64,000 bases of DNA. Source: Lingula anatina. Its lineage: Eukaryota; Animalia; Brachiopoda. The notes below the pieces were generated by a model, which was given only the letters and a program-made list of their open reading frames with translations, made no database searches and was not told the DNA's origin. The DNA lies in assembly GCA_051362555.1 (NCBI GenBank), contig CM120648.1, forward strand, positions 11,032,587 through 11,096,586, given 5' to 3'. Position 1 is the stretch's first letter. Each line of letters begins with the position of its first letter. The translations under genes and the position numbers were made by a program. Below are positions 50,401-63,106 of this stretch, one piece after another.

Positions 50401-50731
50401 TGAGACTCAACAGCAATCTGGACGTGAGGGTTTTGATGAAGTTACTCTTCTGAAAAAAGTGTCTGTTATTTTACTGACAGATTTTGTATGCTGGGGGCCG
50501 GTGGTATTGTTAGGGTTTCTAAGTATGGCCAACGTGCCAATTGCACCACAAGTGTCGAGCTGGGTAGCCGTGTTCGTGATGCCGTTGAACTCCGCTATCA
50601 ACCCCTATTTGTACACGCTTGCCAACGTTAAGCTATGTGGTAAGAAAGAAGAACCATCAACACACTACACTTCTGTAACTAGACATAATAAACAAAAACA
50701 AGTACATGCAGACAAAGAAACCGAGTTATGA
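41435..50731 (+). CDS. GRL101-like (type C) LRR-containing GPCR with CUB, CUB-like, two CTLD, ~7 LDLa, LRR and 7TM domains; 2 exons, ~1490 aa
   Basis: Exon 41435-42529 (donor CAG|gcaagt) joins exon 47354-50731 (acceptor catcttacag) in phase 0, restoring the CTLD sequence IYIGLKSTDQ|YFNWTDG. LDLa repeats with DE endings, LRRs, hinge DEFSSCSDLL, NLSVSDFLMGVYL, TDFVCWGP and NSAINPYLY. Confidence 0.92.
42790..44530 (-). mobile_element. Degraded non-LTR retrotransposon (LINE) reverse transcriptase
   Basis: Minus-strand fragments ICPIYKKGD, FIDFSKAFDYVDH, QGCMLSPFMF, LFADD and YLG, followed by the typical C-terminal LCYGALIWG...GRLP...IKYW. Confidence 0.85.
44917..45532. repeat. 308-bp tandem duplication including part of a MITE
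   Basis: gattcacgttgtttgacagg starts at both 44917 and 45225. Confidence 0.9.
45406..45572. mobile_element. MITE with CAGGCCCGTAGC TIRs and a TTACT TSD
   Basis: Same family as 32659-32826, in the opposite orientation. Confidence 0.85.
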
Positions 50732-51129
50732 CCATCTTTACTCCCGCCTTTTGTTAGTTTCTGGCAGGTTTTTTGGTCAGGGGGAATGTTGAGGCAAGGT
50801 TTGGAGTATTAAGGGCAAAATTTACTTTTTGGATCCCTTTAGACACATGAAAGGTTTTTTTTTTTTTGCTAATATTTAGAATTCAACATGGATAAGTTTG
50901 TCAATTGCAGAACAGTATGACACATGATCTATGAAGTTGAAACTTATTAACTGTATATAGTTTGATTCAGGAAATATCTGTAAAATCATGCATGTAAAAT
51001 AGTTTATTAGGTTTTTTAGAAAACATCATTTTCTATTTGGGTTTGTAAATGGAAAGGTTGGTCAATTTTATATAGTTTTTCAATTTTGTCGTGGCCCTGT
51101 ATTTACAACATCTACATGTATCAGGTAGC

Positions 51130-51572
51130 AGTGTGTATTATATGTTGTATGAAACTGTATGTAAAGTTCAATGTGTATTATATGTTGTATGAAACTGTAT
51201 GCAAAGTTCAATGTGTATTATATGTTGTATGAAACTGTATGTTAATTTCATTGTGCATTATATGTTGTATGAAACTATGTAAATTTCAATGTGCATTATA
51301 TGTTGTATGGAACTGTGTGTAAAGTTCAATGTTCATTTTATGTTGTATGAAACTGTGTGTAAATTTCAGTGTGCATTATATATATTATATGGAACTGTAT
51401 GCAAAGTTCAATGCGCATTATATGTTGTATGAAACTGTATGTAAAGTTCAATGTGTATTATATGTTGTATGAAACTGTATGTTAATTTCATTGTGCATTA
51501 TATGTTGTATGAAACTATGTAAATTTCAATGTGCATTTAATTGTATGGAACTGTGTGTAAATTTCGGTGTGC

Positions 51573-51634
<62 letters not shown>

Positions 51635-51760
51635 GGAACTGTATGCAAGGTTCAATATGCATTATATGTTGTATGAAACTCTATGTGAATTTCAATGTGC
51701 ATGATATGTTGTATGGAACTGTGTGTAAAGTTTAATGTGCATTATATCTTGTATGGCTTA
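51130..51760. repeat. ~40-bp minisatellite
   Basis: The unit gtgtattatatgttgtatgaaactgtatgtaaagttcaat repeats about 14 times with variants and an embedded (TA)n. Confidence 0.92.
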
Positions 51761-54710
51761 TTGCAAGCCTACATTTATCATGGCAAGAGACTATATTTCT
51801 GATGAAATGAGACTTAATGTGAGTAAAACTGCATTGTCTGTTAACAATATATTGTCTTGGCCATATACAGCCACCCCTATTGTAAAAGTTGTAATGGTAC
51901 CTGTAAGATCACATTGATACAATTGTAAAATATTTACACTGTAATGAATTTTAAATGTAAATAAAATTTGAATGAACAAATGAACATTTTTTTCATTGAT
52001 CAACAACAACAAAAAAGTTATGATAATAAAATTGAATGATCTTATCTGCCAGTTGCAGAACTCATGCGAAAAACAAAAATCATCAAAATCAATTCTAAGT
52101 ACAGTGTGTGTTTTACCTCCATCACAATACCCAACAAACACTTATCTGGGAATGAAAAAGACCCGAAGAAAAACAGTGTTATGTATAACCAACAATACCT
52201 GGTAAAAAAAGCATTGGACTTAATCGACAATTTGATTTAAAAATACACTGAACATTTCCCAGTCATATTGTCTACATGTCCTTCAAGGCTACATATCCTT
52301 CCCAATTCAGACTTTAATATATCGAAACGGTATCTGACGTAGCTCTTTCTAAAATGTAAGGGCACATTCCAAATGGAACTATTATTCCACGTAGACCGAT
52401 TTAACTCTACGGGAATTCTTGCTGAATGCAATCAGATGAACAGATTAAAACGCCTCCTTGTGGCGAACAATATCATGTAGAAAAGCTGGTGATTATTCGA
52501 GTACGTTGGAGACAAGGGGAAGCGTGTTTAGAGAAGACACACCTTTTTTAAACTACTGGCCAGGGACATGTGTGCATGGCGTTTTTTCACCTTAAAATGC
52601 GTAAGTAACGCTGACATACAAAAATCTTTTGTTCTTGCTGTTATGACTTTCAAGTTAGATCACTGTATAAAAACAAATTTTCTTTAATACCGAGAGGTAT
52701 AATTCATTCAAAACTATTCACAGAATAACAGTCCATAATCTTCTTTTAAGTTCCGATTTTCTAGGTTTGATTCATTCTCTCAATGGAGATAAAAACTAGT
52801 GGATTTCACTCGCGAGCGTGCACATTGAAAATTATATTCAGTAAAAAGGTCAGCATATTGTAAACCTTACTGGTAAAGGGAAATGTGCTTTTTTTCTTTT
52901 TGTTATTTAAAATGTCTCGAGCGCACCACTTGCCTTTAAACGGGTGAGATTTCGCGCAAACTGTTATAGGTGAGATTGATATCTATTGTGCTGCATTTTC
53001 ACATCTATACCATCTTCACTATAGATGCATAAATTATGTTCAATTTCAAACATATAGATCTGCCAGTAATTTAGTTGTCTGAGCCCTAAAATTATGTCCT
53101 CTACACAGGTGCAATAACAAATATATAGTTTCTCCCAAAGGACATGATTTAACTTCAGCACACTGCAGTTATGGAAAAAAACTAAGGAATTAAAGTGGTC
53201 ATCAGACGATGCCAGAAAGACATTAATTAGGGTAGGTTCATATCAAACCTGAACGCACCTTTCACCAGCTCTCATTCAAACGTGATGGTCAGGAATGAAA
53301 ACGTCACTGCTGACGACAAATAAAAATACATTTTATAGAATTGGAATGGAATACATGTTATACAATTTTAAACCACAATAAATCGTAGCACAAAATGTCA
53401 TGCTAGCGCAGCAAGTATACACCAGAAGCGTCAGTAGGAGTGCTGACGCATGAATTTTATAATAAATCGCAGACGACACATTAAATTCCGTTTCCAATTC
53501 TCTTTATTAAAAAGCCTACACAGTGGCCTACAGCACTCCTCAGCTTTTAAAAACATGGCTTTGGATATTACTCTTAGAATTTCAAACACATCTCTTCCAA
53601 CTATCTCATGAAGATACATAACTTCAAAGTAGTCTCAAAAATAACGAGTTTGGACAAGAGTCAGCTTTTTTTTTCAGGTGGTGCCCACAAGGAATCGTTT
53701 TTTGTAAATATATTCAGTCCATTTGGTTGGAATCTAGTGAGTGCTAACAGTTCCCCGTTTTCTTGCTCCATCACTCAAACTAAACACAATTCTCTCATGA
53801 AAAATCTGAGAAAAATACTGCCGGAATTTTTTTTTCATCAGACAGTTTATTAACATTACTATGCACCCCTCCCCCCCCCCCCCCCAAAAAAAAAAAAAAA
53901 AAAGTATGTATTATTTTGAAGTAACATGTTCAGTTTTTATTTTAAAGAAATCCTTATTTTTGAAACGACGTTTTTTTTTCGGTATTTCCTCCTCATTGTT
54001 TACTGCAATGACTATCATCAATTAAACCGAGAAAGGAAGTGAGTGATGGCACATTGTTATGAATATAGTCGCCAGGTGCATTTGTCAAAAGAAAGAAAAT
54101 TTGTTCGTTAATAATCTATGAAGATCTTGTAAAGCACATGAATAGATGATTATTATAAATAAATAGATAAATAACTAAATAAATGACTTGCGAGCTATAA
54201 TTCAATAGATCTAACAAATGTCATCGTGTCAGTCTTTGAAAAGAGCCGAAAAAACTTTAAATCTCAAGCAGCACATGTGGCTTGTATCAGCAGAGAGAAA
54301 TTCACCCCCCTCCATTGTCTGTCCACAGCCAAGGCCCGCCACTGGGGGACTTTTCACTTAGTTGGTCGGACTTTTTTCAAATTCTTAAAAGCCAATGAGT
54401 TGATAGGTCGGTTTTTCAGTCACCCACATAGTAGCCAAGCAATACTGAATCTATATAAAACTGGACTAGCTGAAAAAGTGATGAGACTACACCCAAAAAT
54501 TAAAAAAAAAATTAATAAAAGACAATGCTCTTTCCCCATGTTAACATTTCAGGTATCTCTTCACAGCACAAAAACAAACAAACAAACTAACTATTGAACA
54601 AGCGAGCAGATCAATATTCTGATGTAACAAAGATTGCAAAATTATATGAATAGGGCCTATATCGTTATCATGAAAGTCGGATGTTATGATCTAAGTCCCA
54701 CCCTCACTCT

Positions 54711-54867
54711 ACCCTCTACCAGGGCGACTGACAGATTTTCACAGATATTAACAGATATGTCTCTAGATAGATAGATGGTCATTTTGGTTCTAAGTCACCC
54801 TGTTGAGAAATCATTGGCTTTTAAGGGTGACTTAGAACCAAAATGACCTACCGTCCCGGTAGAGGGT
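54711..54867. mobile_element. Small palindromic MITE-like insertion
   Basis: Ends accctctacc / ggtagagggt with a perfect internal 25-bp inverted repeat (54777-54801 / 54824-54848). It is absent from the paralogous block at ~40130. Confidence 0.7.
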
Positions 54868-56429
54868 CCCCTCACCCCAATATTGCTATTAAAAGGATGC
54901 TATACATGAGGCTTTATAAACGGATTAGGCGTGGGCGAAGTCAAACCTCAGATTCATGCCACAAATGCCCAAATTAACGACTCGAGCCACGAAATAGGGT
55001 ACCCGATTTTCGGAAAGTAAAATTAGTAGTCAAAAGCACAGCGTTACGACACGCGAACCGCTCTAACGCTGTATTCGTATATGCTCATTTTACGTCTATA
55101 TATTTATCGTGTCATGAGTAATTAATTTGGGAATTCGCGCTCCCAAATCTACTGCTCGTGGTAGCAAACGACGTTAATCGTTTATAAGGCCTGTGCATTA
55201 CTGAAAAAGTGACACTACTAGTACATTTGCTAATACCCTGTGGGGAAATAAGCAATTTGTTAAAATACCATACGACAATAATCGTTTATGAGGCCTGTAC
55301 ATTATTGAAAAAGTGATGCTACATTTGCAAATATCCTGTGGGAAAATAAGCAATTTGTTAAAAGCAATTTAAAAAAAAGCATAAGCACAATATCAGAAAC
55401 ATTTCTCACTTATAAATTAATGCTGGAACGATTATCCAGTAGAATGTAAGGTGGGGTTTTGAGCAGTGATGTTTACTAGATGATAATGAGAAATAAAAAA
55501 AAATATATTGACCCATCCTTAAGTACACATACACATATCATATCCTAACATCTTATAATACTATCAAAGTTTCACTAAAGTAGCGAAGTATTTTCACTTT
55601 TCATTTCGTCTCCCAAATCTCGAATATTTTAACAGCTGGGAATTTAAATCTAATTAAAATGGACTGGGGTGATATCAATTGAACGTACGGCGATGATAAG
55701 AGAACACCAGTTAGGCTTGATTTATATATATTTATATATATACACACGAAGAGCAATTTTTGTTTTCTAATGTGTATGACGTAAATGATCCCTGATATGA
55801 CAAAAAGCATGACAACACAGTTCCAAGCCAGACTGGTTTGTCTGTGTCCCATATTTAGCGCTGTTTTAGTGTCATTTGCGGCTAAGTATTAAAAAGCTTA
55901 AAATACACAACACTGTTTGAAAACACAAAATTGTCTGTTATAATAAGACCAATCTATTCCCTTTCTCTTAATAGCACCCACAATGTAATCAAACACATAG
56001 GAATATGTTGAAAGACTTTCAATGATGATAACCCATTGTTATTACCCAGTATTGCGGACGTTTATGCACTGATCTGCTCATAAGTTAAGCAACACCCAGA
56101 TTTTTTTCAAAAGTTTATTCTATCATGATCATTATTTCATTTGTTAGTGGAATAATGCATATTTCTTTCATATTTTATAAATAACCTATTCAAATTGAAA
56201 ATTTCTTTTAATGAAATACGCCACATAGCTTATTGTAATAATCAAAATAACTTTATTAACCAAACGGTACCAAAATATGCCAAACCACGTGTCTAAAAAG
56301 TATGCTCACACAGCAAAAAGTACGTGCTGATTAAAACAGCTTATCACGAAAAAGTTCAATCATCTAAGAATTAGTTTTAATAAAAGAAGACTGAAGATAA
56401 TAAGTGATAAATCGTCTATCATCCAATAA

Positions 56430-57120
56430 ATATTGGATGTGCCTTCCCTGGTTTTGAACAGCAGCTTCACAATGTCCCCTGCAATTTGCCACCAGATTCT
56501 GTAAATCTTGCATTATGAGCCGGTTCCATTCCTAAATTACTGCCTGCTGGAGCTTTCTTATCTTTCCTACTGGAGGTTGTCTCTCATTTACTGCTCTGTC
56601 AATCATATCTTTAGCATGTTCAGTTACACTAAGAATTGACGAATATGCAGGGCCATCCGAATTTGGGATACCATGCTGTTGCACATCGATTTGCACGGGC
56701 CGTGCTTTACGGATGGGAGAATTGCCCTGCACCAAAATGATATTTCTTCCTGGATTTGCTTGAATGTTTGATTGCATGCGCCCTATTGGTATTTAGTCTC
56801 TGTATCGTTGACCAATAATCTCCCTTGCATGACGTACAGTGCCAATTTTCCATCATATGAGAAAGCGCACCATACTAAGACGGATATTCCGCCACCCTGA
56901 ATACGTTGGTGAACACAATCATCCTGAAACGCTTGGTTTGGACCTCATCAGACTCCTAGCCAACCATCTGCATACATCAAAGTGAATCTGCTCTCGTTCG
57001 CCACAGGACCCTTCACCCAGTCTTGAGATTCCATTTTTCTCGGCATCTGGCTTATGCCAATCTTATCTGATTGTGTCTTTTGGTGGCTATTTACGAGGTC
57101 TTTTAGATGGAGGTTCAGCT
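56430..57120 (-). mobile_element. Tc1-like transposase relic
   Basis: Minus-strand ESRFTL, GGGISVLVWCAFSYDGK, QGNSPIRKAR and GPAYSSILSVTEHAKDMIDRAV (a decayed WPAYSPDLNPIEH). Confidence 0.75.
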
Positions 57121-58389
57121 TCTTAAAGATGCCTATATATCATAAGGCCCCAACCAAATATAATCCTATGCATAAAAAGCCCAGACCCCATTTTAATTAC
57201 ACCCTGGCTGACCCATTCTTTATAGTGTCTTTGCATAGTTTACACATAATGGGCAAGTTAATTGACCAAGTTAATTGGTCAAGGTGCCAGTTTGTTTGTA
57301 TGGCATGTGCAGGTGATGTCTTAGATCAAGGCAAATATTATGATACTTACAGGTGTGGCAAATGAGATATAGTTGTATTGCATTCACTGAGAATAAAATC
57401 GGGCTCCAAGTGACTCCAAACTTGGAGTCCAGCAGTGGTGCCTAAAATAAAATTCAGACCATGTAGGCACATGTACATGCCCCATCCGAGGACAGTGTTC
57501 AGTTATTGATTTGTTGGCGTTATTTTCATATTGCAATGTTGTTTACTATTGTTGTTAGAATGTTTAATAACCAACTTAATATTATAATCATTAATTGCAT
57601 GGAATTAACATTTGTTCGGTTTAAATTAGACTTCTTAGTTAAAAGTTTTAAAAAGTTCAAACTTTTAGCGGTAAAATGTTTACAAACGATCGAACTAATA
57701 TCCAAACTAACATATTCACTGCACGAAACGTTCAGTATTATTTTGTTATCAACATGTGCTTCCTGGTAAACGTTATGTTGTTTGAAATGGGTCTGTTTTT
57801 CATTTAAAGTAATTGATAGAACTTGAATAGCCTAGTTTTCATGAGTTTTCAATGTATGAATTATTTGTTTCTATCATTTTATAAATTATTGCTTGCTGAA
57901 AAATGGGTAAAATATAAGACGTTTTAAGGGCAAATAGCTTTCTGTAAAAATTCTTTAGCGTTTGTATTAAGGGAAACAAAACTGAATTAAACCTTCTTTA
58001 AAATAATGTAATTGCTCTTCATGTGCGCATATACATTGTAAATTGAATACGTGACGGTTTATAAAGATTCACCCGCCCTTGTAAAATACTTCTGATTTGT
58101 GCCCTGTATCCTTTTTTCTCTTCAGACAGACAGTACAAGGATTAAAGTTGCCAAACCAAAAATGATTTTGGCAAACAGATAACATTCAGCAGTATGAACA
58201 AAAGAAAACAGTTCACTATTTTTTTCATCTGGGTTTTTTCCTGTCTCAGTGAAAACTTAATTGGTCCTACGATAAATTGATTTAAATACTTGTGTGTGAT
58301 GGATGTGAGATTGTACACGAAATGATAATACATGTACAGACAAGCACACTTGTATAAGAAGGTCGTTTAAGAGAATGTACACATAATCT

Positions 58390-59167
58390 ACCATACCAAC
58401 GTACGTGTCAACAGGATTGTTTGTGTATCTGGACTTCCTAAATGACCAGTAAGTATTTTGTATAATATGACATGTTTATGTCACTGAAAATGAAGGCCAT
58501 AATATGTCGCGACAAGCCATTACTATGTGTTGAAGAAATACGACGAAGGGTTTGCTATTGCCGATAAGACACGCAGTGGACGTCCTTCAAAAGTTGACCT
58601 GCGCCACATGAACGTTATAGATGAGGAGATGACCAAGAATGATGAATCGGTGGCCTCAGAACTAAAATCACGTCTCTTTGAGCGAACAGGTAATTTTATT
58701 GAGCAACATGGTATTAATTGGTTTCGCACCCCTCCAGAAAGCCCCGAGCTTAACCCTATTGAAAACGTATGGGCTATAATCAAACATCACCTGCGTACGC
58801 GTGTTAAGCCTACCACGAGAGAACAACTTGTTGAAGGTATTAGAGAGGCATGGGGAAAAGTTTTAATATTTTAAAACGCAGAAAAGTGTAATAAATATAT
58901 TAATCACCGAAAGAAGGTGATTCCAGCGGTAATTGAGAGAGAAGGTCGTTCATCAGGCTACTAAACTAGCAACACATGTAATAAAGATAATGAGACATTG
59001 GTATTTATTTGATGCATTAGCTATTTAAAATTTTCCATTTTAACTACGCTTGTGTTGATCGTGACTTATTACCATCAAGTGAACCTCAAATAAAATTGTT
59101 ATACGTGTTTTAAAACTAAGCATGATTTGTTCTTCAGAGTTTTGTTTTCATATTCGACCTGCCTTTA
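58390..59167 (+). mobile_element. Internally deleted Tc1/IS630-family transposon
   Basis: ORF 58527-58874 fuses an N-terminal RSGRPSK region directly to TPPESPELNPIENVWAIIKHHLR. The tail VIPAVIEREGRSSGY* follows in another frame. Boundaries are approximate. Confidence 0.8.
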
Positions 59168-62054
59168 ATCTAGTCTTCTGTTGCAGTCGATACAACATAA
59201 CCCGGTATTGTTTGCTCACGTCGATAGCAATCTCTTTGCATCAGCTATAATAGAAACCTTAAGTGAGGCAATTAAGAAGGGGCGGAGCGTGTTTGTTGAA
59301 CCGACTAATTTTGGTGTCCGATAAGGATTACTTGAGGATTCCCCTACCCTGTAATTATCAAGTGTCCTCTATTGTTCGACCATACGGGGCAGGGTTGGGA
59401 GACCATGTGGCCATTTGGTAAGGGGAATTATAGGCGGCACTGTAGCAGATAGAAAAGTAAAGGAAACAATCAATGCTGTCATTAACCAAAACTATTGTCC
59501 CTGAAATAAATACAAACGATGGTTCTCTGTAACTAACTCTGGCTGAAGAGAATGAGGCGACCCTCAATAATTGTGACCATAAACTCGTTATAACCTTGAT
59601 TTGCCTTCTCCACCCAGATCTCGATGCCCTGTCTATCACGATTCAAATATTTACGTCTATGACCCGATTCTGTACACTGCAACGTATGCCAGATAATATA
59701 CACTCACTGCGAACAAAAGCATAACAAAGAGATATAAAAAGCAACTGTCACACGCATGAGATGGGCAGTGAATCGTTCAACTACTCGGGAGAAAACCATC
59801 TGACTCAACGTACTTAATGACAAAGAACTTTCAAATAAAAGAAAATAATTGGATTATTAAAACAATTCCGAAGCTTCACCCTTCCATATCATCCTCATAT
59901 ATCATTTATCAGCGTGACAGAAATTTAAGCCAGTTAAGCTGATGGGAATTTAGTGAAACTCCCCAGGGGGATAGATCGATCCAAATCCCCTACAATTAAC
60001 GCACCGATAATAGCCATTAGAGAGGCGTAAGGATTATAAACCAAAGCTATTAAAATGGCTTTGGATTTATTCCTGTAACATGTATAATATTTCACCCAGA
60101 ATGGTATTTTTATTTAACCAGGGGGTTGTTGATTCATAAACTTTGAGTACTGTACGAATTTCAGATCATGCCTGTCTGTATCAAGCTTTATTCTGAACAA
60201 CAGCGCACTACTGTTGTTCGATGTGGTTTGTGGCAGTTGTCCTGAGTTGTCAGAAAAGAATCTGTTCATCGTTGTAGTATTACAACGCTTTCTTACTATC
60301 AATATCATGGCATCCATGGTAAGCTTAATGATCAGTTTTCTAAGAAATCATTTTATATATATGGTATCATCCAGCTTATATGCAGATGCATGGCTCCAAA
60401 AATCAACCAATATCATATAGCAGGATAGAGCTCTCATATATCTAATTTTCATTAATTTTTGTGACAATTGACCATGTTTAGAGGTCTAATCTGGATTAAG
60501 TTCGTGTCAAAATTCTTTGAAGCTTTGCAGGAAAATCCGATCGTCCTGTCCTTGTTTCTCTAATGCTCCCAGGTCGACTGGAGCTGCTCTTTGAAAATAA
60601 CGAACAGTGAGAATTTTACCTGAAATGAAAATCACCAGTGAGACACTCAAGACAAAAGTTACCTGAGAGTTGAAAAGCACCTAACCCTCCAAATAAAAGA
60701 TAAAGGAAGTTCCAGCTTGACGTTTGATTAAGATAGGACTTCTAAAGGCAACTAGAATTGTTTACCTCGGTCCTGTGAAAGCAAATGAGATTGGGTACGT
60801 GTCAGAACAATAGAGCATATACAACTTATACAGAGGACTTGTACATGCAGGAGACTAACTTATAATTGAAGGGGGTTTTCAATTATATTCCGTGAAAAAT
60901 AAACTAAATTCACAGAGAATAACATCAAGATATGTACGCACAGTGCATCCGTGTGTATGCCTGGGTACGCCCCTGCAAACTTTTAATCTCGTCAGCACAT
61001 GTGGCTTGTCAGTCAGCAGAGAGTAATAGACGGTACCGGAGGAGACAGGATTGTGCCTGAAGTGTGACGTCATGTGACGTCAAGTGGTGTAAGACGTGAA
61101 TATGAGTGGTTATTTTTAGCTGGAGGTGAACGGGAGTGAAGTCGTGGGCTCAGAGAAAAAAATCAGTTTTTCCAACAACAAAGCGGGTAATATTTTTTTC
61201 TTTTGGTATTTTGGACAGAAAATTCTTGTAGAAATAAAAGGTACATGATATGAAAACGTGTTACGATACTTGAAGGTGCTTTATTTGCAGTCAATTTGTT
61301 TTGAAGTATATGCTGCAACGACCGACTGTGCGACAAATAGCATCAATTGAAAAGAATCGTTGTCATGTGGAATTTTTGCATATATGTAATCTGATGTGCC
61401 CATATCTAATTATTTTTGTGTTTATGATATGTGCTGCAATTATAACGATGTTGTAGAGTCCTTGAAGGACCTTGTAAAAACCAGGAAGTAGTTTGCAACT
61501 GACAACTGAACCGCACCGAACCACGATCGCTGTGCAATGATTTATCTTTTTTAAAGATTGTGTCGAGTTATTAGATGTTTATATGTCCAGCTGACATGAA
61601 TTTCCAAGCACATGAACTCTGCTCTACTTCAACTGACATTTCACACTATATTGCACTTCTTTAAATCCCAAAAGCATAGAAAGAAAAATGTACAAATGTA
61701 CAGTAAATGTGATGCATTCATTGGACAAATAAAACATTTCAATTGTGAAAAGTAAGCTTATTACTTATAAGATCTTCCCAAGACGACGAAAAGAGAATTT
61801 AGGTGAGCCGATCACAAAGTTGACAGGTAATTAAGACTCGGTTACCTTAATAAAAATTGACTATATTATGTAATACTCAGTTGTAAATCGCTTTGAACAG
61901 GTAGATAAGATGCAACCTGACCCGTTTCTCAAGGCTATCGATTGACGGCCTGAGGCAATTGATTGCCAGTATCCTTTGCTTGTGATTTTTTAGCTCAGAT
62001 AAGAGGCTGTCAAAATGTCATCTTCGTCATGGCATTTGTCACTGATTAGTGCTT

Positions 62055-62975
62055 ACCCCGGTGTAACGTTGAAAACAGGTTGATACGTTGATTTGCCGTT
62101 GATCTACCTAAATTCAACGTAAAATCAACGTTGATCCAGCCACGTCAAAACACCGTCATAATGTGACGTTGACTCAACGTTGTATTTTGGTCATTGACAC
62201 AACCTTGCAGACATGGATTGTAATTTAAAATATTAATAATTGAAAACGTGATACTTTGTTTATCAATATTGTAACTAACTTTATCAAAATAATAAAAAAG
62301 TGTTTTAAAGTAAAAGTGACAATTGTTTTGTGTCTTTAGTGAACTAATGAATTTTCTTAACATGTTATTCAGAAATACATTCCAATAAACTTCCTTGCAA
62401 GGTCAGCTAACATTAGGATGAATAAGTTGCTGTAAATGTGATGGAGTGAAGTCAATAAAGTTGACAGTTCTCTCTCTATATATAAGACAATGACTATATA
62501 TATTGATCTAAACCTTGGAAATTCTATCTTAAAGGCCATACATATATCATCATCATCATTCCTCTTCGTCCCGTGTGGGACATAAGGCCACCCGTACATA
62601 TATACATGTACCCTACATATATTTAGCCATCAAACATGTCCTACTGCTAAACACATCCAGGCTAAAAGGGTGTACCATGCTTAGGTGCAAAACATGCTTA
62701 AGAGCTAAATGCGTTGAAAAGATCAGACAAAGCAGGCACTTGGATGTTTTTACAGTGTACGTTATAATTGTGTACCTGTGTTTTGTACCAAAAATAAAAA
62801 CATTTCAGGTCATTTTAATGTCTTTTCATGCAAGAATGTTGTCTAACAACGGGGGTTGATACAATGTTGTTATCTGACTTTGAGTCAACCTTCAAATCCA
62901 ATGTTTATCCAACGTATTATCAACGTTATGGTTCAACGTTGTTTCAACGTTAAAACAACATAATTTGCCCGCTGT
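62055..62975. mobile_element. Non-autonomous DNA element with subterminal CAACGTTG/AACGTT repeats
   Basis: Clusters of aacgtt motifs at 62065-62185 and 62850-62960, in inverted arrangement. Confidence 0.5.
62546..62592 (-). mobile_element. RTE-type LINE 3' terminus (hairpin plus (GAT)n tail)
   Basis: Minus strand reads ggtggccttatgtccc-acac-gggacgaagaggaat(gat)n. Confidence 0.55.
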
Positions 62976-63062
62976 TAGACCGAATGTGTTTTGCAGTATA
63001 ACCCTAAAAATGTAGGGTGTGTTTGTTTAACTTTTAGGTGCTAAGGGTTTCAACTGTTTTAG

Positions 63063-63063
<1 letters not shown>

Positions 63064-63103
<40 letters not shown>
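63064..63103. repeat. (CA)n microsatellite
   Basis: Direct run. Confidence 0.95.

Positions 63104-63106
<3 letters not shown>

Larger units (their letters stand above)
54254..61026. repeat. Second copy of the segmental repeat (blocks D'-A''-B'-C'), interrupted by transposon relics
   Basis: Colinear with blocks in 35863-40900. Confidence 0.85.

Noticed and set aside
51130-51760. CRISPR-like array
   Set aside because: The units are head-to-tail with no unique spacers, the context is eukaryotic and there are no cas genes. It is a minisatellite.
55601-55852. ORF with a TM-like N-terminus
   Set aside because: It runs through a TA tract into repeat block A, whose paralogs are not open.
62546-62592. 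Second hammerhead candidate
   Set aside because: The core reads CUUAUG/GAAG rather than CUGANGA/GAAA. It is better explained as an RTE LINE 3' hairpin with a microsatellite tail.
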